NCBI GenBank assembly: GCA_965202725.1
Contig: OZ241845.1
Coordinates: 3,782,079-3,846,078, forward strand
Direction: 5' to 3'
Source of the DNA: Candidatus Poribacteria bacterium
GTDB taxonomy: Bacteria > Poribacteria > WGA-4E > WGA-3G
DNA: 64,000 bases
The position numbers and the translations under genes were made by a program. The notes beneath the pieces are model-generated. The model was not told where the DNA came from. It searched no databases and was given only the letters and a program-made list of their open reading frames with translations. Below, piece after piece: positions 54,053 to 63,206 of the stretch; position 1 is the stretch's first letter, and every line of letters begins with the position of its first letter.

Positions 54053-55492
54053 TCAAATGTCTAACCTGAAAAATTTCAGGAACGCTCCAGTTGCTAGCAC
54101 GATTGCGAAGAAACAGAGCAACAGTAGATCTAATGCAGCGTGCTGGAGCGTTTCTCCCAAGGTCAATTCCGTGAGCGGCGGGGGTGGCATCGGGGACCGG
54201 ATTTCTTCTATTTCAATGATAGCCGACTCTGACATTTTGCTGAACATTTCTGCATCTAGCATCTCATAGTAACGGGTTCCTGTTTGAAAATAGGCGTTTC
54301 TTTTTTCTTGTCCGGTTTGTGTCACATCCGTGGCGAGAAAAATGAAGGAGGACGTAGGAGTGATTCGAGAAAAGTTTATGCCGAGTTCATCTTGATGTTT
54401 TCTTGCTTGCTGGTAGCGCCTATCCAGCTCCGTTGCCAGGTCGCGGTATTTTACCCGAGCCTCCTCTTCAAGGGGTGCCATTTCCTCGTTCGTTTTGTCC
54501 ATATACTTAGGCCCCATTTGAAAAACGTAGGTTGTATTTTTCCCTGGCTGTATGGCATTTGCTTCTTGTAGAAGTCTACCCAGGATTTCGCCTCTTTTCA
54601 TTTCCAAGGCGGCTTGCAATTCTGCCCGCTGTGCTGCCTTTTCCCTGTAGACGCTCTCTGCCGTTGAAGTCGGCGCGACAATTTGTGCCGCGAGAAACCC
54701 GACACGCGGTAAGATGAGGACAGCGAACACCCAAACGACGAAGGCGACGATGAGGGCTGTCTTGGAGCTGTCGAAATAAATTGAGATTACCGCTCCGATG
54801 AGAAAAAATACACCGATGTAGAGCAGTGAGATGAGAGCGAGACCGAGGACGCGCGGAAAGATGTCGGGTTCAGCCAGCGGAAAACCTTGCCAGACAAGCA
54901 CGAGTAAGCCGATGATGAGCGAGATTAAGAACGGAACGATAAAGACGAGATAGCTCCCGATGAGTTTACTCCATAAAAAGACATCGCGTGGAACGGCGTT
55001 GGCGAGGGTTATCCGAAGTGTTCCGGTTTCTCGCTCGCCTGCGACGGCATCAAAGGTAAACAGCAGCGCGAGGAGACTAAAAACGGTGCTGACGACGAAC
55101 ACGAAGTCAAGATGCCCTAAAAGAAAGGCTATTGGCGCGGTAGCTAGTGCCGCTTCCCCCCGCCTTATTCCGTTGCGTGTCATCCCCAGATAACTCGGCA
55201 GGGCGGATTCTAAACCCGTCGCAAATACACTTAAAGGTGTGGGCTTGAGAAGCAGTTTGGAAACTTCAAGATTCGGATCTGTCGTCTTCCGCCGTTTCCA
55301 AGGTTGATCTGTTTCCTCCTTACTGTTTTCGTTTTTGAGGGTTTCTTGATAGTCAACTTGGCGTTTGACATAATGATGATAGTTGATATGGAGGTTGAGC
55401 GGTATGAGCAATATACACATCAAGAGGAGCGCGACAAACCGGGCACTGAGAATATGATGCATGATCTCTTTTCGGATGAGTGTCATTAACAT
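54053..55492 (-). CDS. ABC-2-type transporter permease (paralog C)
   Basis: AAGGAGG RBS. MLMTLIRKEIMHHILSARF.. and the FTFDAVAGERETGTLRI motif. Architecture matches paralogs A and B. Confidence 0.8.
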   Translation of the reverse strand: MLMTLIRKEIMHHILSARFVALLLMCILLIPLNLHINYHHYVKRQVDYQETLKNENSKEETDQPWKRRKTTDPNLEVSKLLLKPTPLSVFATGLESALPSYLGMTRNGIRRGEAALATAPIAFLLGHLDFVFVVSTVFSLLALLFTFDAVAGERETGTLRITLANAVPRDVFLWSKLIGSYLVFIVPFLISLIIGLLVLVWQGFPLAEPDIFPRVLGLALISLLYIGVFFLIGAVISIYFDSSKTALIVAFVVWVFAVLILPRVGFLAAQIVAPTSTAESVYREKAAQRAELQAALEMKRGEILGRLLQEANAIQPGKNTTYVFQMGPKYMDKTNEEMAPLEEEARVKYRDLATELDRRYQQARKHQDELGINFSRITPTSSFIFLATDVTQTGQEKRNAYFQTGTRYYEMLDAEMFSKMSESAIIEIEEIRSPMPPPPLTELTLGETLQHAALDLLLLCFFAIVLATGAFLKFFRLDI

Positions 55493-55719
55493 CTGATGTT
55501 TCCTCCTTATAGGGTTGAGATCGGCAGAACCTATTACCGTTGTTTCGGACTGAGCAAAACCGCACCTCGTGAGTTGTGCACGTTTCGTTCGGTTGAAAAA
55601 AGAGGTCTTGACGGTTTTGAAACTTTATCCCGCCACGACTCTGACTCACGTTAACAGTAACGTCGCAGCGGGGGTTCAGAAAATCATAAAAACGCTTTAG
55701 TGCACATTTTCCAATGCTC

Positions 55720-57000
55720 TTAACGCGGTGGGTTACACCTTAAGCAGGGATCATACGCACGTTTCGCCGCTGTTAAGGAAATCGGACTCCGACTTTTTCT
55801 CAAATAACGACAGCCGCCACGATGGTACTTTTTCCCAGTCCGTGTGATATAAACTGCTTCCTGCGTCGGCACTGGCGGCCTGATGACCTCTGCCCCACTG
55901 CCTCGCCACGTGATAGGTGGAGACTCGCCTTGCAATCCATCAATGCGAAACACCGCCCAGACAGGACGATGGTCACTGACAGCGCTGTTCGCGGCGGTAT
56001 CGTCATTTCCGAATTCTGTTTCATCAAACTTGTCTATCCCAAAACGCCCCGTGTATTCAGTGACAGCATGCTTTCGGAAAAAGATGTTGTTATAAAGACG
56101 GGAATCTCTGATATGCGATTTCTCCGGGAGGTCGAATAAATGTGTCATTGACGGCAGTGCCATCAAGTTACTATATGCCTTTGTGTCGTCGGGTTCTCTA
56201 CTGAAATTCCCCAGAAGCAAAATATCATCTTCAGCCCCATTCGCCCGATCTACAAACTTGTAAACCTCCGCCAATTCCATGACTTCTGTTTGTCTGCCCC
56301 TGATCGTATCTTCCCAAAGAACATGAACCACGATTACAGAAAAATCAAATTTGCCAGCTCGGAATGTTGCCCAGTAGGCGTCGCAAACGAAATCGTCCTC
56401 GCCATCGTCTGTATCAGGATAAAACGTTCCGTCTTGTACGACACTGACCAAGCCTTTCTCGTACAGAAATGCATAATGTTCTCTGTAGGAGCTGCCCTGC
56501 CGTCCGATCGGATCGCTTATCAGATAACCGTACTCCGCGCCTTGCTTAGAGAGGATTCTCTGTATGCGTTTCAACACCGTCTCATCGTGTAACTCACTGA
56601 TTGCGATCAAATCATAGTCAATAAGTATTGACGCGATTTGGCGGAGTTCAGCATCGTCTCTGCTTCTACCGCTCAGCGTTCTGATGTTCCATGTGGTTAA
56701 CTTCAACTCAGACTGTTTGGAAACCTTGCCTGTGCTCCCCCGCACCACTACCGGGCTGGCATCAACCCGAGTACGGCCTGACTTTCGGGGAGCCGGGGTA
56801 ACATTCACCTTCGGGCGAGATTTCGCGCCACCATGAAAGTGGTACACACCGGTTTTCCGATTGTAGTGGCCCCCCTTGGCGTCCGTTCTCCCAGGATGTG
56901 CCCATCCAAGACTCGAGCAAAACAGGGGAAAAAGCAGAATCAGAAGCACGCTGATAGCAATGATGCTAGCCTTTTCGTTGAAAAATCCGAAACGTTTCAT
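55720..57000 (-). CDS. Secreted nuclease: YHYH domain, endonuclease/exonuclease/phosphatase (DNase I-like) domain, C-terminal His/Cys zinc-ribbon-like tail
   Basis: ATG at 57000 (MKRFGFF) with an AAGGAA RBS, plus a signal peptide. HPGRTDAKGGHYNRKTGVYHFH is the YHYH motif. EEP features are LKLTTWNIR.., ..LLGNFS.. and SDHRPVWAVF. The tail is VYITRTGKKYHRGGCRYL...CLRCNP. Confidence 0.75.
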   Translation of the reverse strand: MKRFGFFNEKASIIAISVLLILLFPLFCSSLGWAHPGRTDAKGGHYNRKTGVYHFHGGAKSRPKVNVTPAPRKSGRTRVDASPVVVRGSTGKVSKQSELKLTTWNIRTLSGRSRDDAELRQIASILIDYDLIAISELHDETVLKRIQRILSKQGAEYGYLISDPIGRQGSSYREHYAFLYEKGLVSVVQDGTFYPDTDDGEDDFVCDAYWATFRAGKFDFSVIVVHVLWEDTIRGRQTEVMELAEVYKFVDRANGAEDDILLLGNFSREPDDTKAYSNLMALPSMTHLFDLPEKSHIRDSRLYNNIFFRKHAVTEYTGRFGIDKFDETEFGNDDTAANSAVSDHRPVWAVFRIDGLQGESPPITWRGSGAEVIRPPVPTQEAVYITRTGKKYHRGGCRYLRKSRSPISLTAAKRAYDPCLRCNPPR

Positions 57001-57032
57001 GATTGTTTCCTTACCCTCTCTGTGGCTGAAAA

Positions 57033-57251
57033 TCATTGAAGCGAACAACAGAAAAAGCAACCCCGCTTTTCTTGGGACACACCACGTAGTGTGTACATAT
57101 TCTTATTGGTTATGAGTATTGCTGCGAAATAGATGAAACTGAGATACCTAATCGCTAACTTATCATAGCGCGTAGCGACGCGCCGATACTGTTTCAACCG
57201 ATGAAAAAAATCGTTCAATGATGTTTCTACGTTCAAAACGTATTTAAACAC
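57033..57251 (-). pseudogene. C-terminal fragment of an IS5-family transposase
   Basis: ..VETSLNDFFHRLKQYRRVATRYDKLAIRYLSFIYFAAILI matches the conserved IS5-family C-terminal end (..E..F..LK.FRR.ATRYDKLA..FL..). No upstream DDE domain is present. Confidence 0.55.
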
Positions 57252-57273
57252 CTTTCAAACACTTGTTGACGAT

Positions 57274-57693
57274 CTACAGAACGGCAAAAAGGATTGCGTT
57301 GACTTTCTCTGCTATTTCAGCCCGGATACGCGTAAGTATATACCAAGCGGTTTTTTGATTCAAGTCTAAATCTCGCTGTAACTGATAGCTGGCCGAACCT
57401 TTCTTCGCATTCAATATCAAGCAGATCGCCAGAAACCATTTCTGAAGTATTTTCGTCCCTTGATACATTGGGCCTTGAAACACTGGGTTTCCTTGTGTCG
57501 CTTTGGAGGATGCTTTACAATGTTTACAATACCAGAGTCCTATACGCCCTAAGTACATTCTTTCTTCCGTCTAATCTGCTGACTGCTACAATGCGGACAG
57601 ACAGGTATTCCAGCCCATCTGACGCGGTCCGGATGCTCAATACAGTATTCTTGGTCGGGGAAACGTTCGATAGATAAGCGCTATGAGGTTCAT
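57274..57693 (-). pseudogene. N-terminal fragment of an IS1595-family (ISXO2-like) transposase, frameshifted and truncated
   Basis: ATG at 57693 with AAGGAG. MNLIALIYRTFPDQEYCIEHPDRVRWAGIPVCPHCSSQQIRRKKECT runs into a TAG. The +1 frame then continues ..GLWYCKHCKASSKATQGNPVFQG..KILQKWFLAICLILNAKKGSASYQLQRDLDLNQKTAWYILTRIRAEI. This gives the zinc ribbon and HTH typical of the IS1595 N-terminus, but the DDE domain is absent. Confidence 0.65.
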
Positions 57694-58167
57694 AAAAAGG
57701 CTCCTTTGTATTTCAAAAGGAGTTGCTTTAATTCAGTCTTCTTTGCTAAAATAGCAGCGGTGTGTTTCGAAGCACACCGCTTTGGACTTCAAGTGGGGTT
57801 ACCGCTTCCCTTCTTAACTGCTAAGCGTATTGCATTTTTGACGAATTCAAACAATGGAAAAACCCTTATATTTACTGGGTTGATCGCACTTCTTTACAAC
57901 TTTTACTTAATTTTAAAACTACTTATTACGAAACTTTTTTCGACGCGTGTATAGAGAGAGAATAGACAAAACCTTCTGTGAAAAAATGTGAAGTGGGCGT
58001 TTTTTAAAAAAAGAACGAAAAAACCTAAACTTTTTTCAACTTTGGTGTATATATAAGATATAGAGAAGCACCGAAGTTCCCGGTGAGTCATGCGTTGTAA
58101 TGCCCTGGGGTGCCTTGAGGGTGTTTTTATCCGAAAATCGTGCATACGTTTGTGGCGGAGAATGCTC

Positions 58168-58758
58168 ATGAAAGCACACATGAGACTCTTGGGTTTTTTA
58201 GGACTCTTGGCGTTTCTGAGCGTTCTCTTCGTTTTTGGAAGTACCGAGGACACACCGCCACAATTGATACGCGATCTGCTCAAAAAAGAGGGAGCTGCCC
58301 TTGCGGATCTCAAGACGGATCCGTCCCTTCGTGAGAAATTGCGGCAGCAACTCTATCAAAAACTCGGTAAACCTGCACCACAGCGGAGCGTCCCGCGGAA
58401 TCGGCTGCCGCGACGCAGGTTTGTGAAACTGCCGCCCTATTGTCAAGTGATTGTAGATAACAATATCTTCCGGCCCCTCGGCTATCAGGCATACAAATGG
58501 ACGCTCAAACTGGAACTCATCGGAACAATGGTATATGCAGATTCTGCAAAAAACACCGCGCTTTTGAAAAGCAACCACCCGAAATACCGAAGGCTTCTCG
58601 TTAGAACAGGCGACACCTTCTTAGGAGAGCTCAGGATGATCCGGATCGACGCCCGTCGAATTATCTACACCGATAAAGCCGGTAAACGGAAACATCTCGA
58701 GATCCCTTCCCTCTTTGGCGGTGGGAATGCAAAACCGGAAATGGCGGAGAAATTATGA
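58168..58758 (+). CDS. Membrane-anchored hypothetical protein (weak GspC/PilP-like resemblance)
   Basis: ATG at 58168 with GGAG 7 nt upstream. Signal/anchor LLGFLGLLAFLSVLFVF. ..NNIFRPLGY.. followed by L.LIGTMVY...KNTALLKS.......LVRTGD.FLGELRMIRIDARRIIY resembles the T2SS GspC / PilP beta domain. The resemblance is weak. Confidence 0.4.
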   Translation: MKAHMRLLGFLGLLAFLSVLFVFGSTEDTPPQLIRDLLKKEGAALADLKTDPSLREKLRQQLYQKLGKPAPQRSVPRNRLPRRRFVKLPPYCQVIVDNNIFRPLGYQAYKWTLKLELIGTMVYADSAKNTALLKSNHPKYRRLLVRTGDTFLGELRMIRIDARRIIYTDKAGKRKHLEIPSLFGGGNAKPEMAEKL

Positions 58759-59136
58759 AACTTCTTGTCAGTACCTTTCTGATAATATGTCTGCTGCTGT
58801 CAACATCTTTCGCTGCAGAGAGCAAACATGCCTGTGGTGCCGTCAGTGCGCATTTGCGTCTATCGCTCCGCGATGCGAAGCTACTTAATCACAACTCCCT
58901 TCGGTCAGGAAGAAACCACGCAAGAAGAAAAGAACTTAACCCGGTATACATATCAACTTGCACAGTTTGCCCCCGATGTCTGGTTTCCGCAAACCGTGAC
59001 AATGGAAGAATTACCGATCTATGTCAATGAAACCCAACTGCCAAAATGGGTGCTGAGGAAGTTCACTCTACAAGTACATCGTGCCGTCTTCAACACTCCC
59101 ATTGCCGAAGAAGACCCTCACATCTCCCGCGAGTAG
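58755..59136 (+). pseudogene. Possible secreted protein split between two frames (signal peptide in frame 58755, body in frame 58828)
   Basis: ORF 58755.. encodes a good signal peptide (MKLLVSTFLIICLLLSTSFAAESKH) and then Arg-rich low-quality sequence. ORF 58828..59136 looks protein-like but has no signal. Deleting one A from aaa (58824-58826) fuses them. Confidence 0.35.
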
Positions 59137-59144
59137 TGCCAAAA

Positions 59145-59486
59145 ATGCCACACATTCAGAAAGCATTTTTCTTCTCGTTCTTATGCCGCCTCTTTTTAAG
59201 CCTAGGCATCCCACGCCTCTCGTCTTTAGACGCACATTGGTCCAGCGATGAGTCCCTGTGGTTGAGCCGGAGTGGACAGTTCATGTCGGCTATCAAGAGT
59301 GGCGAGTTTTCCGAGACGCTGATTGCTTACCACCCTGGGGTGATGACGATGTGGGTTGCTGGACTCCGCGCCTTCTCTACGGAACCCGGTGTAGATGTCC
59401 CGAACCTCGCTCGCGCCCGGTGGTTCATTGGGATTGCAGTCTGGGCAGGGATCGGGGCCGCGATCCTTTTGCTCTACAAACTCTGA
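59145..59486 (+). pseudogene. N-terminal fragment of a GT39/ArnT-like (PMT_2-type) membrane glycosyltransferase
   Basis: The 113 aa include ..SSDESLWLSRSGQFMSAIKSGEFSETLIAYHPGVMTMWVAG.. and a following TM, resembling the first loop and helices of ~500-aa GT39-type enzymes. The ORF stops at 59486, and a convergent gene ends 18 nt later. Confidence 0.4.
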
Positions 59487-59503
59487 AACCGGTTTCCGGA
59501 CCG

Positions 59504-59920
59504 CTATTTTCCTTCTCTTAACAGATCTGTTTTATATTCCTCAACAATCGCTTCCAAAATAGATTCAGGAATATCTTCCAACTGTGATGCTAATTCCTCC
59601 GCAACGTTCACCATCAGGCTATGGTCAAACGTTTCGCGTTCTGCACAGGGGTCCAGATATTCCCCGTGTGCTTCCAACAAGATTGCTAACCGTGCGGGTG
59701 TTAATCCTTCAGAGATACCATGCAACCCCCATGCCGTGCCGCGATAGCCTTTCTCGTAGTCAGAACCGAGGTATTTCTGTAGGATTGTTTCTCTTTCAGC
59801 ACCTTGGGTGTCGCTGTTTTCGAGGGCTTCTGCAGCAGCAATCGCCCGCGGATCCAGTTCCATTTGGAAGGCGGTTGAGGCATCTGCCGCTGGGACAGGA
59901 TAAATTTTGTAGATTTCCAT
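59504..59920 (-). CDS. Hypothetical acidic cytoplasmic protein
   Basis: ATG at 59920 (MEIYKIYPV) is preceded by GGAGG. No family was recognised. Confidence 0.5.
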   Translation of the reverse strand: MEIYKIYPVPAADASTAFQMELDPRAIAAAEALENSDTQGAERETILQKYLGSDYEKGYRGTAWGLHGISEGLTPARLAILLEAHGEYLDPCAERETFDHSLMVNVAEELASQLEDIPESILEAIVEEYKTDLLREGK

Positions 59921-60082
59921 GGTGTCCTCCGTGAATTGCAAAATAGAAAGGCTGTCCAAAGCATGAGAGCCGCCCCTCTTCGCTATACCACAGCAGAGAG
60001 GCCGCTGTCGATATTGATGGCGGTTCTGGTAATAAATGAGGCGCGGCCTGAGACAAGAAATGCTACAAGATGCGCTACTTCA

Positions 60083-61684
60083 CTAATGGAAAATTGAATA
60101 ACCCGCCTGTTCCTGGACTAACGAAGATATTGCTTCAGGTACCGCCTCCAGCACATCGCTCGCGATGAGTCCATGTGTTCCCAATCTCTCTGATACAATG
60201 TCTCCGGCTAAGCCGTGGACATAAACCCCAAGCGCGCCAGCCTGTTCGCTCGATACGCCTTGTGCTATCAACCCCGCGATTACGCCAGTCAAAACATCGC
60301 CCATGCCTCCCGTTGCCATGCCAGGATTACCCGTCGGATTAATCCACACATTTCTATCTGGTGTTCCTGTAACAGTTGGCGCGCCTTTAAATACAAGCGT
60401 TACGCCGTGTTCTTCTGCGAATTGTTGGGCAGTGCTAATTCTATCCGCCTCTAATATTGGAACCGCGGTATTCGTCAACCTAGCCATTTCACCTGGATGT
60501 GGGGTAAGCACTGTCTCTTTACCGAGCAATGGGATAAGTTCTGTCGCTTGCGCGAGCGCGTTCAATCCATCCGCATCTATAACCAGCCGTAGCCCCAATC
60601 CTTGCGCCTGGTTCTCGCGAACCAATTGATGAACGAGTGTTACTGTTTCTCGGTTTTGGGAGAGTCCGGGCCCGATCGCAAGGACGGATTTCGTCTTTTC
60701 TGCGAATTCAAGGATGGTTGAGAGTGCTGATAGCGCTAAGCTGCCTGCATCCGTTTCTGGCAATGGCAGTGTCATTACCTCAGGCAACAGTCCTTCTAAA
60801 ATTGGGTTGAGATGCTCCGGTGCTCCGAGTGTTACCAACCCTGCGCCTGCACGCAAAGCAGCTTTACTTGCGAGTGCTGCCGCGCCTGTCATGCCTATTG
60901 AACCGGCAACGACGAATACCCGTCCGTAGGCGCTTTTGTAAGAGGCGGTTGGACGCTGCGGCATCCATTCTGACGCTTCTGTTGCCGTTGTCCAGTGCAC
61001 CTTAATATTCTGGGCATTTACAACCTGTTCTGGAAAACCGATGTCAACAACTTCCAGTTTTCCAGCAAACTCCGCACCCGGATGCACTAACAGGCCCCTT
61101 TTGGGTAAGCCTATTGTCACAGTCCGATCTGCCCGCACGCAAGTGCCTAATGGATTCCCTGTGTCTGCATCTAAACCTGAAGGTAGATCGACAGAGAGAA
61201 TAGGTATGGAAAGATTATTGATGGTGTTAATGATGGTAGCGATAGGCTCGCGCACCTCGCCACGCAATCCTGTGCCGAAGATGGCATCGACAAGAAGTTC
61301 GCAGCTGGCGGTGTGTGTTAAACCTCCTAAACCACTCTTATCAAGGGGACTTGTAGCGATCAGTTTGAGGATCCGCAACTTCAGATTTTTCGCAATTTGG
61401 AGATTTACCGCCGCCTCGCCGGTGAAACTTTCTGGCGGAGAGACCAAGAAAAGATGAACGTCGTGTCCTATGTGGGCGAGCTGGCGGGCGATAACGAGAC
61501 CATCGCCGCCATTATTCCCTTTGCCAGCAAGGATACCCATCCTTTTGCATGTGCGGTAGTGTCGTTCAATTGCACGGACGATGGCACTCCCAGCTGTCTC
61601 CATGAGAACGATGCCGGGAATGCCGATACCTTCAATAGTGTCCTGATCGATCTGGCGCATTTCGGCTGCGGTCACAACTTTCAT
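60083..61684 (-). CDS. nnr: Bifunctional NAD(P)H-hydrate repair enzyme (epimerase / ADP-dependent dehydratase)
   Basis: The N-terminal YjeF_N pattern is MKVVTAAEMRQIDQ..GKGNNGGDGLVIAR. The C-terminal carbohydrate-kinase-like part has GGMGDVLTG. I chose the ATG at 61684 rather than the upstream track start. Confidence 0.9.
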   Translation of the reverse strand: MKVVTAAEMRQIDQDTIEGIGIPGIVLMETAGSAIVRAIERHYRTCKRMGILAGKGNNGGDGLVIARQLAHIGHDVHLFLVSPPESFTGEAAVNLQIAKNLKLRILKLIATSPLDKSGLGGLTHTASCELLVDAIFGTGLRGEVREPIATIINTINNLSIPILSVDLPSGLDADTGNPLGTCVRADRTVTIGLPKRGLLVHPGAEFAGKLEVVDIGFPEQVVNAQNIKVHWTTATEASEWMPQRPTASYKSAYGRVFVVAGSIGMTGAAALASKAALRAGAGLVTLGAPEHLNPILEGLLPEVMTLPLPETDAGSLALSALSTILEFAEKTKSVLAIGPGLSQNRETVTLVHQLVRENQAQGLGLRLVIDADGLNALAQATELIPLLGKETVLTPHPGEMARLTNTAVPILEADRISTAQQFAEEHGVTLVFKGAPTVTGTPDRNVWINPTGNPGMATGGMGDVLTGVIAGLIAQGVSSEQAGALGVYVHGLAGDIVSERLGTHGLIASDVLEAVPEAISSLVQEQAGYSIFH

Positions 61685-62072
61685 GTTTTCTGTCCTTGCG
61701 CCAACCGAAAAACAACGGAATTGGTTCAATGGCGGTTTTAACAAGTTCCGCAAGCCTCCGTTGTTGGTTTGCTGCTTGCATTTCTGAGTCGACATCTTGC
61801 CAAATACATTTTGACAGTCAACCAAATTTGCGCTAAAGTATAACAAACCCAAGAATAGAAGTCAACAGCTAACCTACAATTTTCTATTATTCCGGTTGCC
61901 CGGTATTAAAAGCCTCTATGAATAGATCGAACGGACTGACATCCAAGTTGATATAGTTGAGAGATAGTATTTTTCAAAATTGCCTAGTCCATAACGGAGT
62001 GGAGGATGGGTATACGTAGATGAGTGTTATTTAACCAATTCACTTGACAGAACTGCAAGGAATACTAAAAAA

Positions 62073-63086
62073 ATGGAAACCACTTTTAAAGCAGGTATTA
62101 TTGGTTGTGGCGGTCGTGGGCGTTCCCATGCCCGCGGGTATCAGGCATCCCCAGATGTTGATATTGTCGCCTGTTCCGACCCCGTTGAAGACGCACGAAG
62201 CGCTTTTGCTGAGGCGTTTAAGGTACCTAACACCTACGAAAACTATCAAGAAATGTTGGATACCGAATCCCTCGATTTTGTGAGTGTCTGCACTTGGATT
62301 GAGCTCCACAAGGACATGGTAGTCGCTGCTGCTAACAGTGGCATTCGAGCCATCCATTGTGAGAAGCCGATGGCATCTACATGGGGCGATGCTAAAGCAC
62401 TTTATCAAGCCTGCCTTGATAACGATGTCGTCATAACGTTCTGTCATCAGCGCCGTTTTGGTGCACAGTTCGTCAAAGCGAAACGCTTAATAAATGAAGG
62501 AGCGATCGGGGAATTACGCCGCCTTGAAGCTGCTTGTCCGAATCTGCTGGACTGGGGAACTCATTGGTTTGATATGTTCTTTTTCTACAATAATGACGAA
62601 CCTGTTGATTGGGTTATCGGTCAAATAGACATAGCCGAGGAAAAAACCGTTTTCGGTGTTCAAGTTGAGACGAGTGGCGTTTCATGGATACGCTGGAAAA
62701 ATGGTGTAGAGGGGTTGCTCACAACAGGTGGAACCTCTTTAGAGGGCTTCGCGAATCGTCTCATCGGCACGAAAGGCATCATTGATGTCGGGGGCGCAGG
62801 CGCACCCCCAGTACGAATCCTCCGAGAGGACAGCACGAGATGGGAAGAACCCGACTTAACGGGCTTAGGCGCCGAACGCGACGCAACACTACTCTCTGTC
62901 CTAGATCTCGTTCACGGCGTAAAGACCGGACGTGAGCCCGAGCTCAGCGGCAGCAAGGCAATTCAGGCGACTGAACTTATCTTTGCAACATATCAGTCTA
63001 GCCGACAACGTGCCAAAATTAATTTACCGCTTACAGTGGATGATTCTGCGTTGTTGACGATGGTTGCTAATGGCGAGCTTGGTTAA
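62073..63086 (+). CDS. Gfo/Idh/MocA-family oxidoreductase
   Basis: FKAGIIGCGGRGRSHARGY Rossmann motif and an EKPMA motif. Length 337 aa. Confidence 0.85.
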   Translation: METTFKAGIIGCGGRGRSHARGYQASPDVDIVACSDPVEDARSAFAEAFKVPNTYENYQEMLDTESLDFVSVCTWIELHKDMVVAAANSGIRAIHCEKPMASTWGDAKALYQACLDNDVVITFCHQRRFGAQFVKAKRLINEGAIGELRRLEAACPNLLDWGTHWFDMFFFYNNDEPVDWVIGQIDIAEEKTVFGVQVETSGVSWIRWKNGVEGLLTTGGTSLEGFANRLIGTKGIIDVGGAGAPPVRILREDSTRWEEPDLTGLGAERDATLLSVLDLVHGVKTGREPELSGSKAIQATELIFATYQSSRQRAKINLPLTVDDSALLTMVANGELG

Positions 63087-63206
63087 TTGGTTAAGGGGTT
63101 AGTTGCAGTTTGCTAAAATAGAGTCACATCTATACCCCTTTGTAATTTCTGGACATTGTCAGCAAAGTATTTGACTAAGACTATAGAAATCTGGTATACT
63201 TATAGT

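Noticed and set aside
57756-57781. The hairpin agcggtgtg-tttcgaag-cacaccgct (9-bp stem) in the non-coding region after the IS debris. I considered it as a terminator or small RNA.
   Set aside because: There is no adjacent U-tract on either strand and no nearby gene end that it would terminate. It is kept only as a note.
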